The position numbers were made by a program, and so were the translations under genes. This document shows, piece after piece, positions 49,715-63,150 of a stretch of 64,000 nucleotides of DNA. The notes beneath the pieces are model-generated. The model was not told where the DNA came from and searched no databases. It worked only from the letters and a program-made list of their open reading frames with translations. The stretch lies in contig NC_135881.1 in assembly GCF_964194155.1 (NCBI RefSeq), positions 167,896,001-167,960,000 of the forward strand, in the 5' to 3' direction. Within the stretch, counting starts at the first letter, position 1. Every line of letters starts with the position of its first letter. This DNA comes from Cetorhinus maximus (lineage: Eukaryota).

Positions 49715-51268
49715 GATGGATAGAAAATTGCCCAGGTCAGCCCTGTATACAAAAAGCAGGATAAATCCAACTCGACCAATTACCGCCCTATCAGCCTACT
49801 CTCCATCATCAGTAAAGTGATGGAAGGGGTCATCAACAGTGCTATCAAGCAGCACTTGCTTAGCAATAGCCTGCTCACTGACACCCAGTTTGGGTTATAC
49901 CAGGGTCACTCAGCTCCTGACAGCCTTGGCTTAAACATGGACAAAAGGGTTGGACTCCAGAGGTGAGGTGAGAGTGACTGCCCTTGACATCAAAGCAGCA
50001 TTTGACCAAGTGTGGCATAAAGGATCCCTAACAAAACTGATGCCATTGGGAATCAGAGGGAAAACTCTTCACTGGTTGGAGTCAGGCTCAGCACAAAAGA
50101 AGATGTTTGTGGTTGTTCGAGTTCAATCATCTCAGTCACAGGACATCACTGCAGGAATTCCTCAGGGCAGTGTCCTAGGCCCAACCATCTTCAGCTGTTC
50201 CGTCAATGACATTCCCTCCATTGTAAAGACAGAAGTAGGGATGTTCACTGATGATTGCACTTGTGTTCAATACCATTTGTGACTCCTCAGGCACTGAAGC
50301 AGTCCGTGCCCAATATAGTAAGGCCTGGACAATGCTCAGGCTTGGGCTGACAAGTGGCAAGTAACATTCGCTCCACACAAGTGTCAAGCAATGATCATCT
50401 CCAACAAGAGTGAATCCAACCATCGCCCCTTGATGTTCAATGGCATTACAATTACTGAATCCCCCATTATCAACACCCTCAGGGTTGCCATTGACCAGAA
50501 ACTGAACTGGTCTTGCCATATAAATACTGGCTACAAGAGCAGGTCAGAGGCAAAAATCCTGTGGTGAGTAACTCAGCTTCTGACTCCCAAAGCCTGTACA
50601 CCATCTACAAGGCACAAGTCAAGAGTCTGATGGAATCAGTGTAATCAGACAAAAAAATACTTTGAGAAATTTTTTCCAAAACTACAACTGGAATGTTTTG
50701 CACAAATAGTGGCCCTGCACCCTGTCACACCCACCCACCCCCCTCGCTAAAAGATCAGGGTCAAGCCCGCATCCACTTGCCTGGATGAGTGCAGGTCCAA
50801 CAACGCTCCAGAAGCTTGACACTATTCAGAACAAAGCAGCCCACTTGATTGGCACCCCATCCATCACTTAAACATTCACTCTCTCTACCAACACACAGCA
50901 GTGTGTACCATCTACAAGATGCGCTGCAGCAACTCACCAAGGCTCCTTTGCAGCACCTTCCCAACCCACGACCTCTACCATCAAGAAGGACAAGGGCAGC
51001 AGATGCATGGGAACACCACCATCTGCAAGCTTCCCTCCAAACCACACACCATCCTGACTTGGGACTATATCGCCGTTCCTTCACTGTCACTGATCAAAAT
51101 CCTGGATCTCCCTTCTTAACAGCACTGTGGGTGTACCTAAACCACGTGGACTGCAATGGTTCAAGAAGGCAGCTCTAGTACTACCACCTTCTCAAAGAGA
51201 ATTAGGAATGGGCAATAAATGTTGGCCTAGCCAGCGACACCCACATGCTGTGAACGAATATTTTTTTA
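49715..51268 (+). mobile_element. L2/CR1-group LINE, RT plus 3' end (unrelated ~140-bp insert at ~50637-50775)
   Basis: ORF 49950-50282 (ALDIKAAFDQVWH...GIPQGSVLGP...FTDD); family tail ends at 51268. Confidence 0.85.
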
Positions 51269-51392
51269 TCCTGACTCTTAATGTCTCTCCAGCTTGCTAG
51301 GATCATAGGATTACTAATGATGAGGAAGAGAGGAAAATTAGAACGTTGACTTTAGAATCAGTTGTCATCAGAAGTTTGGATTTATAAATATA

Positions 51393-52029
51393 GGCCAGAA
51401 ATTCCCCTCCCACCACACCCTCACTCGGAGTGGGCTGGTGTCTAAAGTTGGGTGGCAGATGGGGGTGGGCGTCATGCCCTTTGCGTACTCACCTTAACTG
51501 GAATTTTAGCAGCGGCAGGGTAGTTGTGACCAATTAATGGTCATTTAAGGGCCACCTCCTGGCGCTGCTGGTATTTTTACCAGTGGTGGGAGGGAGCCCA
51601 AGTGAAGTGGCATGGCCACCAGGTAACCTTATGCCCAACAGCTGACCTCTCCTCCACCAAATGGTTATCGCCGCCCCTTCTTGTACACCCCTCGACTTCC
51701 CAAGCCTCCCCATCCTCCTTAATGACCCTGACTTTTACTTGGGGTCTGGCCTTCCTCGCAGGGGACTGCTGTGGCACTAGCATTGGTGACCGCTCCCATT
51801 AGCATTGCTGGGATTGGAGAGCTGGTGGCCATCTGATTAACCAGCAGCTCTGGGAGGTAGGGCATCCTCCCTCCCATGTGGGCTTGGAAGCCAGGACCTC
51901 AGGCAATTAACAGCCTGACTACCGTAAAATCTGGGCATAGCTTCCCGGCTGGGCGGATGCGGGCTTGACCCTGACTTTTAGCGAAGGAGGTGAGGGCTCA
52001 GGGCCACTACTTCTGCAAAGTATTCCATC
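51393..52029. mobile_element. Harbinger-type MITE (degenerate)
   Basis: GGCCAGAAATT start; ccaattaatggtcatttaaggg motif shared with the other Harbinger arms. Confidence 0.5.
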
Positions 52030-54175
52030 TGTGATTTTGGAGAAGATTCTTTGTTGTCTAAAGGTTTTTTTGTGATTATGCTCCTATGGAGCTCTTTAAA
52101 ACATCTTACTACATGGAGGATGGTATGTAAATGCAAGTTGTTATTAAATGAAGGAGCAAGTCATATGACTCTTAGAAACTCATTGTCCTCTTATGTGCCA
52201 AATCCTCCTCTCCTGAACAGCTCCTAAATCCACCAGAGAAGCTTTTGCAGCTCCCTTCATATTCCTGGACAGGAAAGAAAACATTTTATTGTTTGCAAAT
52301 CATCTCCTGCATGTGATCTTCACACTTTTTATAAATTCCACAATGGCCAGTACTACAGTGCACTTTTTGTCTCTCATTAATCCTAAACGCCTAATACACC
52401 GTCTCAAACCATGTTCCTTTTCCCTACACCACCACTATGTTGAAATCAAAATTGTTCAAGTGATTTTTTTTTTTCCCCAACAACTCAAAAGTATGAAACT
52501 CCCTCTTTCACTTTGTTTTTATATTTAATGATAAAGTGAAATTGGATTGACCTGTGAAGGGCAGGTAATCCATTTTGCCAGATTACCATTCTTGGCAGTG
52601 AAGACAAAATCTACATAGTTCTTCATTATAAAAACAGAGTCAAGTGCAAGCCCCTGCAGAAGCAACAAACTTTTAATCCCCCAGCTGAGAAGAGGAAACA
52701 ACAAGGCAAATGGCATACAAAATGTAAGTTTCGAGCAACACCACGGACTGTATCAGTGTAAAGATTTTTTTGTTAATCTGTCTAATTTTTTCTTCTCTTT
52801 GTCCCTGTCTTTCTCTCTTTGTATTCACCTTTATGCTTGTTTCCTTTTCTGTCATATCTGTCTTTTTAACTCATCTTTCTTTTTGTCCATCTTTGTCTCT
52901 CTTCGCTGCACTTAAATCTTTTTTTTCTTATCACATTTCCCTTCCTACATTTCACCACCTCGTTCTCTGCACTCGCTTGCTTGTTCTATTTTAAGAGTCT
53001 AACTCCCATTTGTCTCCACAGCCACAGGTGCATAGGTCGAGACAGCATTGGTGGGACTCAGATGGTAGGGGAAAGAAAGTAGAATGGTGCCTAATTGAGT
53101 AACTAGGCAAGACTGTGCCATTAGGGACCTTGAGTGATTGGGTTCAGAGGGATCCATTCTGTTAGAATTAAGGTTATAGGGTCTGTGATGCAATGACAAA
53201 GGTACAGTCTTACAGTAAATGTGTTACTGTTTCCACTAAAGTAACCAGATGATGTGCTGGACTTTTTACCACTGATTAGCTGCCAGACTGATTTTGTTGT
53301 GATCTCCCTTGGCCTTTATCACCATTTCTTCTTTCCCCAATCTTAGCTTTAGTTGATTAACTTTCACTCCTTTTGACATTGCAGCTCTTGACTTGTCTAG
53401 CCCTATTTCAGAATCTGCAGACACCTCGGCATAAGCAGCCAAATGCCTTTTCAAGTCAAACAAGTGTGTATGCAATCTCATTAACCTTGATAAACCTACC
53501 ACCAATATACTGTTATGCAATTTGAGGGCTTGCTGCCAGAGCCTTTAATGAGCAAGAAATAACTGCAGCTGCACATGCAGTATTCTTACCTCCTATGTTG
53601 CAGAGCAATAATTACCTTTTTATTGTATATAGCATAAAATCTGACTTAAATTGTGCCCTGCACAGGGTACCATTAGAGCAGTTCCTTAGTTTATTCTAAA
53701 GTGCCTACCTTGCTTCTGTCTTGGCCTTTGCTTTCTTTACAACATTCCAATAACAAAGTTTTATCTAGAGTGAGTTAAATCCAATGGGGAATGATACTCG
53801 CGAGAAGTACAGTGAGGGTACACAGTCAGTTTGTCCACCCATTTGAATTAGTAGGAATAAAGTCATACTTGTACACCAGCATTTTTTGGCCACTGCTCCC
53901 TATCAGTGCTGCTCCCAGCTGAAAACCCGGAGGGCGGACCTTATTCAGCTGCCTGGAGCTTATTGCTGTAGTGCAGCCTATAATGCAGATATGTTAGGAA
54001 GGAGTAGTTAATATTTTACTTTTGTTTTGAAGCATGATTGGTTTTTCAGCAGATTTGGAAATCATTTAGGTTAATATTTATTTCAAGGAATGAAGATTCC
54101 AGCTTCCAGGCATTCAATCCAGACACACACGGCATTTTGGGATGTTTTTACTATGTTAAAGGTGCTATGTAATTG

Positions 54176-54335
54176 CAAAGAAAACAGAAAATACTGGAAA
54201 TACTCGCCAGGTCTGGCAGCATCAGTGGAGAGAGTAAAGAGAGTTAACATTTTGGGTCAATAACCTTCCACCAGACCTGCTGTATATTTCCGCCATTTGC
54301 TGTTTTTATTTCAAATTCGTGGCATTTTGCTTTTC
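54176..54335. repeat. Penelope-like fold-back repeat
   Basis: aaacagaaaatactggaaatactcgccaggtctgg ... ccagacctgctgtatatttccgccatttgctgttt inverted pair. Confidence 0.6.
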
Positions 54336-54712
54336 TATAGAATTATACACATCAGTGAAATGGATGCCTCCATTCTTTCCAATTTCTTTCCCTTCCAAGT
54401 GTTTATGGTGGTGCTAAAATTTTACTTTTGACACTAGTGCCTCTGTTATCCTCAGTTTGAAGACAGACTTCAAACCACACCGCGCTGAGCAAACTATATA
54501 CTACGAATGGATTATTTGCAGAAATACCTATCCATGCTTCTTTTGCGCACTCTGGCTTTTTGGGTTAAATAACTTGGATAACTGCATTTTCAGTTGGTAT
54601 CAATATTTTCATCTCCTGCTTTAGGTCTTGTGTGTCTGATGAAAGCTGGATTCTATAAAAGCAAACTTCTACAGTTGCTGGAAATCTGAAATAAAAACTG
54701 AAAATGCTGGTA

Positions 54713-55048
54713 CAGGTCAAATATCCTTTTTTCTGCACACCCAAAAACTGAACACACCCAAAACCGAGTGCTTTTTTTGAACTGCTATGCAGTTAATATG
54801 TATGCTAATAAAGCAATGTTATTTTACAGGTGTAATAAATGTTAACAGGTAAGATGTAGGGTGTGAGAGAGAGGTGGAAAATGGAAAAACAACCTAATAT
54901 TTGTAGACTATGGTTAGCCTAGGCTTAGGCTATTGTAATTTAACTAGGCCTAGGCCTACCGTATCTATGGTAGATCCGAAAACAGAAAGTATCTGAATAC
55001 CAAAATGCTGTTGGTCCTAAGGTTTTCAGATATGGGATACTCGACCTG
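54713..55048. mobile_element. Tc1/mariner (Tigger/MER46-like) MITE, 336 bp
   Basis: TIRs CAGGTCAAATATCC and GGATACTCGACCTG with TA duplication; inserted within a Penelope-like repeat (54657-55185). Confidence 0.85.
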
Positions 55049-55535
55049 TAATACTCAAATCAGATAGCATCTGTAACTAAAGAAATGGAGTTAACGTTTC
55101 AGGTCTGATGAAAGGTCACCATTAATTCTTTCTCTCTGTCCACAATTATACCTGACCTGTTGAATATTTCTATCATTTTCTGTTATAGGAGAGAGATTTT
55201 ATTTAGTTCTCTTTCTAACATTGCAAAGTTTCTTTCTGATCCCTCCAATCTTCTATGGTTGACAGTCATGGTGACCCAACTAGTGATCTTCACCTGGACA
55301 GTACTTCTTACATAGTCATATTTGCCACTTCATTAACATAATACATAATTGGGGTTGATTTTTCCATTCTGGTTCAAGTTTTGGTTCAGCACATCATTTT
55401 CTACTTTGTCATCAACTCTTTAAGGTTAACAAATTTCAGATGTGTAGAAGTTCAGCTATTAGAATTGCATTTCTGGACACGTTTCGCTTCAGTAGACCTC
55501 TCCCGTGCACCATTGTTTTGATGTCTGATGCCAAA

Positions 55536-56175
55536 GGGCTGGATTTAATAGGCCACCATGGTCTCCGCTCTGGATGGTTGCCCACAGCCATTTCAGGCTG
55601 CAGGCAGCATTAATTAGCCTGAGGTGGACCTTCCACCTGGGAAGGAAGCCCTGCCCAGCAGCGCCACGGGGAATGGTGGCCACTGCTGGCTCTGCATCCA
55701 GTCCCAACATCCAGAAGGTAAGTACTGGGGGTTGCGGGGAGGGTATCGCCAGGACCAGGCTAGCAAGCCCCAGCAAGGGGGTTGGGATTGACTAGGCTGG
55801 GTGGGGGTGGGGCGCTGGTGGTGGAATTATAAAGGATGGAGGGATGACCTTGGTGTGGGGAGGGTGGGATGCGGTTCGGGTTGGGGGGGTGGGGCCTATG
55901 ACAGGCTAAATGGGCTATAACAGAGGTCCTCCCCTGAGTTGTCTGCTACCAGCCCATGCAGTTAAAGCTGCCAGGCTTCACACATACGTGGACCTCCCCC
56001 ATGACAGCGGGATAAGGCCACATGTGGGCCTCAATTGGCAGAAGGATGTCCCAATGGCTCCCCTGCCGCATGTATAATTGTGGAGGGGGCAGGGACAGGT
56101 GGATAAGTGGTGGGCATGGCGCCCACTGAATCCCTGCCTTCAAACCTGTTGGTGAGTGAGTGTTAAATTCAGCCT
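55536..56175. mobile_element. Harbinger-type MITE, 640 bp
   Basis: TIRs GGGCTGGATTTAA and TTAAATTCAGCCT; AAA on both flanks. Confidence 0.72.
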
Positions 56176-56209
56176 AAAATGTACACAATGTTGCAAAAGT
56201 TACTTATAA

Positions 56210-58110
56210 CAATAGAATAACTATAGCACAGAAGGAGGTGATTTGACCTATCGTATCCATGCTGGTCCTTTGCAAGAGCAGTTCGGCTAGTCCCACTCTT
56301 GTCTTTTCCCTGTAGCCCTGCACCCTCTTCTCTTCAGATAATTATCTAATATCATTTTGAAATCCATGATTGAATGTGCCTCCACCACACTATCAGGCAG
56401 TGCATTCCAGATCCTAACCACTCAGTGCTCAAAAAGCGTTACCTTACGTTGTGTTGGGTTCTTTTGCCAGTCACTTTAAATTTTATTCCCTGGCTCTTGA
56501 CCCTTCTGCCAATGGGAACAGTTCCTCCCTAGCTTCTCTGTCAAGACCCTTCATTATTTTGAATACCTTGATCAGACCTCATCTCAGCCCTTTTCTCTAA
56601 GGAGACAACCCCAGGTCCTTCAATCTATTCTTGTAACTGGAGCCACTCAGCCCTGGATCCATTCTCGTAAATATTTTCTGCACTTTCTCTAAAGCCTTCC
56701 CATCCTTCATAAAGTCTGATGCCCATAATTGGGCACAATATTCCAGGTGAGGCCGAACCAATGTTGTATAGAGGTTCACTGTAACTTCCCTGCTTTGTAA
56801 CTCTATAAAGCCCAGGATCCTGTGTGCCTTATTAACTGCTTTCTCAACCTGCCCTGCAGCCTTCAACAGTTTATGCACATGTATCCCTAGGTCCTTCTAC
56901 TCCTGCACTCCCATTAACATTGTATTCTTTATTTTATATTATCTCTCCTCCAGGTTCCTCCCAAAAGTAATAATTTCACACTTCTCAGCATTAAATTTCA
57001 TCTGTCATATGTCCCCCCTTTCCGTCAGCCTTTCTATGTCCCCTTTAAGTCTATCTCCATCATCCTCACAGTTCACAGTAACATTCTAAGTTTTGTGTCA
57101 GCCACAAATTTCAAAATTATACCCTGCATTCCCAAATCAAGGTAATCAATTTAGTTCAAGAAAAACAGAGGTCCTAACACCGACCCCTGGGGATCCCCAC
57201 TCTATATCTTTCCCTGTCTGAAAAGCAACCATTCATCACTACTCTCTGTTTCTGGTTACACAGCCAACTTGTATTCATGCTATCACTGTCCCTTTAATTC
57301 CATGTGCTTTAATTTTGCTGACCAGCCTAGTTGACACTCTTTCAAGCACTTTTGGAAGTCTGTGTACACCACATCACTTGCATTAGCCTCATCAGCCCTC
57401 TCTGTTACTGCAAAAAAACTGAATCAAGTTTGTTAAACCTGATTTGCCCCTTAACTGATGAGCTGGAGATGGTTAAGGTCACTTCTAATGAAATTAAACA
57501 GGAGCAGGCTATTTCTCCCCTCAAACCTTAACTGCCATTCAATGAGATTGTGGTTAATGTATATCCTAACTCCATCCACCTGCCTTAGGCCCCTACCCCT
57601 TAACACCTTTGGCTAGCAAAACTCTGTCGATCTCAATTAACAGTTTAAAATCGGAGCTTCGTAATTTTTGGAAGTGTAACTGAAATCCTTTGCCTCTGGA
57701 AATATTCTCCTAAATGTTTCTTGCATCCCCTCTAATCCTTCATACCCTTGCTAAAGAGTAGTGCCCAGAATTGAAAACTCCTGCTGAAGCCAAACCAATG
57801 TTTTCTAAAGGTTCATCATAACTTCCTTGCTTTTGTACCTTATTTATAAAGCCCAGCATCCCTTTTAAACCACTTTCTCAACCTGCCCTGCCATCTTTAA
57901 TAATTTGTGCATATACCCCCAAATTACTATGTTCTTACACCCATTTCAGAATTGTACCCTTTAATTTATTTGACCTCTTCTTGTCCTTCCTATCAAAATG
58001 TACCACTTCACACTTCTCAGCATTAAATCTCGTCGACCAGCCTATCTATTGTTTGTCCTCGTGAAGTCTATCACTATTCCCCTCACTGTTCACTATACTT
58101 CTAAGCACCA
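56210..58110 (-). mobile_element. Cluster of CR1 fragments
   Basis: ORF 56597-56878 (LVRPHLEYCAQLW); further CR1 pieces at 57490-58110. Confidence 0.8.
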
Positions 58111-58296
58111 TAGAGGAACATTTCTAGAAATGGAAGCTCAAGCCTAAGCCCCCACAAAACAATAGTCACTGTATTCCATCTTGATGACTGGAATAAGCAA
58201 AATGCTGCAGATGCTGGAAAAACTCAGCAGGTCTAACAGCATCTTTGGAGAGAAAAACAGAGCTAAAGTTTCGAGTCCTTGTTCTTCAGATAACTG

Positions 58297-59390
58297 GAAT
58301 GCCAAGCAAACCCTGAAAGTGACCTTCTGAAGCAATACTGTGCGATATGACCCCACTCCAACCTATCTCGGAGTGAGTTGGGAGCACAAGTTAACCTTCC
58401 ATGGTTAGAGAAAGCAGCTGGCAAGACAAGGTCATCCTTGTCCAGCAGCTGGTGAGCAGAAGCTGGGAGCATCACCATCAGTGATGGTCCTTTGTGTACT
58501 CTTCAGCTGAACACATTGTACCAGTATGGACCAGAAGTAGCCACATTTGACATGTTGATGCCCAACAGAACACTGTAGGAATGTATGTCACTGGAACCTT
58601 CAAGTCGACCTGAATACCCTGGCTGTCCTTGCTGTCACGCTTCACACCCCCATCCACTCGTGATGCTGCAACACTGAGAAGCTCAGCAACTCGAGAAAAA
58701 TGTGTGTCGCCCCATCCGACTGGACCTCATCAGTGCCCCCTCGCTTGAAATCACATTGGCCCTTTTGGACCCACAAGCTTAAAGGTAGCAGATGCATGGG
58801 AACACTGTCATCTCCAAATTCCACTTTAAGTCACACAATATCCTGACTTGGAACTATATTGCTGTTCCTTCACTGTCGCTAGATCAAAATCCTAGAACTC
58901 CCCTCCTAACAAAAAGCTGTAGGTATACTTACACCAGATGAACTGCAGCAGTTGAAGAAGGCTGCTCAGCACCACCTTTTCAATGATAATTAGGGATGAG
59001 CAACAAATGCTGACCTTGCCAGCAACGCTCACATCCCACGAAAGAATAAAACAAAACCTTCGGCAATGTGACTTCAACCATTGTGAAATTTGAAAAGTTA
59101 AGTGGCATTCACAAGAAGTCATAAACGTCTTGTGAAAGACCCAAACTTTGCCTGTGATCTTCCACTGAGCTTGTGAGCAACCCAAAACCACACCTGCACA
59201 AACTAGTGTAGATGCAGATACTTGATGCACAAATGAAAAAGTAAAAACTCTCCACTGTGTGACTGTGGTCACTGAGAACCAGCCATGGAACATATAATGA
59301 CTGACTGATTCGCAAACCCAAGAGAGGCATCACAGTGATGGACTCTGCTACCCTGATGCAATTATCTGGCAAACTACCTGAATGTAAAAT
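58297..59390 (+). mobile_element. Vingi/Ingi-like (I-group) LINE 3' part, interrupted by an L2-like tail (~58785-59055)
   Basis: Manual translation gives YDPTPTYLGV, SWGA, VPVWTRSSH, VTGTFKST, IPWL and a C-terminal zinc-finger remnant PLCDCG...MEHIMTD. Confidence 0.65.
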
Positions 59391-60595
59391 TATGTCTGTT
59401 GTCCCACATCTACATTAGCCATAAGAATGAGAGAGAATGTGCTTCTACATTCATTGCTTAAATAATTGAATGCTAACATCAGAAGAGCACTCCTTGCTGC
59501 ACATCCTGCTTCTCAGACCCTGTAGGACCTCTGATTAAGGAGCTTTATTTGTGTTGAATTGTGGACTAGTTTTCAACAAATCAAAGCAGATCAGAGCTCT
59601 CATTTTAAGATGTGAAACCACTCAAAACTCTGAGGTTATGCATTTCACTTCAGGCTATGGCAAACACCAGATAAGGAAGATCTTTATTCAATTACTCTTG
59701 ATTTAATTAAAATCCACATCTCCGTGTGCATTTCAAAATGGGCATCACTTTGAAGCGCTGCAAATATATATGGTTGAGATAAGATTGAGAGCCTGGGTAG
59801 GGCCTATAGGATCACAAGATTATTAGGCGGTGGATTGACACCAGATAAAGCAAGATTCACTTTCTGTATCTGTATGAGACCAGATCAAGACGTGGGAACA
59901 GACAGGTAAATATTTTTATTGAATTGCTGGTTTGAGAGGTCACAAAAATGTAAATGTAACCCTTTCTTCTTTCTGCATCCATTAGATTGATTAGTTTTTA
60001 CTGCTTACAGCTGAATGCAAAACACTGCATCTTGTACACCATGTTGAAAAATGGTTTTCATTCCGTTCATCCTGAGTAATAACGCTTACTTCTCTATAGT
60101 GCTAGTAACATTAAAATAGAAATTCTTTTACATCTGTCTCATGAAAAACATGCCAGCAGTCTAATTTATAGTTGGTGTTTCCAAATGTTGGTGTATCCAG
60201 AGAGAGTATTTTCAGCTGTGTAAGATCAGGTGGTTACAGGTCTGCCAGTGATGATAGTGACGGGACCAATTTGGCATAGTTTGTTAAGATTATCATGCAT
60301 TTTTTTTTAGCATAGTTGTTACATTGGCATTGGTGCAGTTTTTGTTGTGATGTGCTGATGCCAATAGCAAAATAAACATAAATGCAATACTGACAAATGG
60401 TTAAGGAAGAAAGGACATACATACATTTATGCGGCAGCTTCCACATCTTCAGGATGACCGAAAGTGCTTCACAGCTAATGAATCATTTTTGAACTTCAGT
60501 CACTTGTTAGGTATATGAATGTAAGTTATGTTGTTACATATAGGGGGATTTGTGAATTATTTGATCTGTCACTCAGCTATCTTTGTGTTTTTCAG

Positions 60596-60672
60596 GTGTG
60601 TGCAGCACTTCTACGGGGCTGTTGTCAACAGCTGGCATCTCTTCATCTGTCTAAGAGTATCTTCTCACACAG
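60596..60672 (+). CDS. CARMIL1: CARMIL1 coding exon (last in window)
   Basis: tgtgtttttcag acceptor; VCAALLRGCCQQLASLHLSKSIFSH(R); donor GTAATC. The six exons join into one open frame collinear with CARMIL1. Confidence 0.95.
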
Positions 60673-62039
60673 GTAATCATTCTGTCCTCAAAGTTATTTT
60701 CCCCCTTTTTGCAGGTCTTTAAAGCCCATTTGTGCCAAACTTAACTCTTCCTTTTTTTGGGGAGTGGAGACAAAGAGCTGGCCCTTGGAACTTACATGTA
60801 TCTTTGTTTTCCCTTTGCACTTGTGCAAGAGGCATAATCTGAGGTTTGACAATGACCTGAGGCATGATTGGTAAGTGGGAAGAGTTGAACCTGGGAGCTG
60901 ATTGTATTGGTTGGGCAGATGTGGTCAGAAGCACAATTCAGGTGCAAAAGTTTTTTTTCTGGTAACTGCTTTTATTTTGTTTTTTTTTTGCTGTGCTTTG
61001 GAGCCAGCTCTCAAGAAGTAGGTCTCAGGTAGTAGGTATACATTAAACTTGCCAGACTCACTCAGGCTGCCTGAATGAAGAAGCTGATTTAACAAAAATA
61101 GGGCCTTTCCAGTGATTAAAGTTGCATTGCATTGGGAGAGCACAGTAGTAGCTTGGCATCTAACTGATATAAAAGAAGCTTATAGCTGTCCACCAGAAAA
61201 TGTATCATAATGTCCTTTGGTTCATAGAGTCATTCATAGAGCAGATCATCTCTGCTTCCACCACAATCGTAGGCAGCGAAATCCAGGTAATTTCCCCTAG
61301 CTATGTAAAAAAAAAATCTTCCTCACATTCCTCCTGCATCTGTTGAGTCTTGTTTATCCAGTGATTTCAGCCATAACCATAGTACACTGATATGAACAAA
61401 ATAGATCAGAAGAAGTGTTTTAATTCATTAGTCCTGTTTGTACTGCATGAAAAATATCAGTCAAAGGCCTTTGTGTACTCGAGTGAATTTCATTCATTTA
61501 GTTCTGAATGCAAATGGTGTATCAGGTGGTGTGTAGAAGTAGTGTTGATTAGTTTTGAATTAATTATTATCAAAGGCTTCCTGCATCGCATACTTGTTAT
61601 GCAGATCTCCAATCATAAAATGCTTTTGTATTCAAACTAAACATTAATTCTTCCCTGACTAGTGTTTTAGAACAGTTCTCCAGTGGACCAGTTAACAGCA
61701 GTAAGGGCCTTGCCAGTGAGCTAATCTTGTTCATTTGGGCTGTTTCATTCAGGATTTAACAGTAAACTGATTCCAAAAGCCAGGTGCAATAAAATTGCCT
61801 GATTTCCTGCAGTTAGTTAGCTGAGAACGGTGCCTACTGTTCTCTCCAGTCACCGATTATCTGAACTCTGTCACTGATATAAAATCAGTGAAAGATAAAC
61901 AAAGCTCCCATAGAGGTGTGTCCTTGAATCCACATTAAATCCTAGATTACTGTTCCATTGCAGTTACGTTTGTGCATTTTGAAAAAAGGATAAGCGTGCT
62001 GCAAAATAGTTCACCTTTAAATTTGGCTCAGTTGATTCA

Positions 62040-63150
62040 TAAAATGATGCAGATAGAGGTCATTCACCCCATCATGTCTGTACCAGCCCTTTGAAAGAGC
62101 TATCCAATTTAGTCCCACTCCAAAGCTCTGTAAATACTCTCCCTTCAGCAATTTATCCAATTCCCGTTGAAAGTTACTATTGAATCTGCTACTACTTTAA
62201 TTCCAGGCAGGGCATCCTCGATTACAACTCACTGCATAAAAGATTTTCCTCACGTCACCATTGCTTATAAGATGATATGATAAGATCATAAGAAATAAGA
62301 GTAGGCCATTTGGCCCAGTGTACCTGCTCTGCCATTCAGTATGATCATGGCTAATCTGATTGTGGTCTTAACTCCACTTTCCTGCTTGTCCCCTTTGGCC
62401 CTTGACTCCCTTGTAGATCAAAATTCTGTCAAAAATCTGTATATATCCAATGATCCAGCCTTCACTGCTCTCTGGCGAAGTGAATTCCAAAGAATTGTGA
62501 CCCTCAGAGAAGAAATTCCTCCTCATCTCTGCCTTAAATAGGAGACCACTTATTTTTAAATTGTGATTTCTAGTTATAGATACCTCACGAGAAGAAATAT
62601 CCTCCCAGCATCTACCACCCACCTCCATCCAGCCCCCTCAGAATCTTATGTTTCAATAAGATCACCCCTCATTCTTTTAAACTCTGATGAGTATTGGCCT
62701 AATCTGTTCAACCCCTCTTCATAAGACAACCCTCTCCCTCAACCCAGAAATCACCTAGTGAATCTTCCCTGAAATGCTTCCAGTGCAAGCATTTCCATGC
62801 TTAAGTAAGGAGACCAGAACTATATACAGTACTCTAGATATGGTCTCACTAAAGCCCTGTACAAATTGTAGCAATACTTTCCTACTTTTATATAACATCC
62901 TACTTGCAATAAGAGCCAACATTTCGTTTGCCTTCCTGCCTGCTTGCTAACTTTTGTGATTCACGCACAAGGATGCCCAGATCTCTCTGTACCGCTGCGA
63001 TCTGCAGTCCCTGTTTAAATAAAATTGTGAAGTAACATTCCGCTTTTCTATTCTTCCTATTAAAGTGGACAACTTCGCATTTTCCCACATTCTGCATCTG
63101 CCAAATTTTTGCCCACTCACTTAACCTGTCTATATTGTTTTGCACACTCT
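62040..63150 (-). mobile_element. CR1 fragments
   Basis: ORFs 62900-63145 (DRLSEWAKIWQM..VGKCEVVHF) and 62368-62628; CR1 3'UTR at 62280-62400. Confidence 0.85.
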
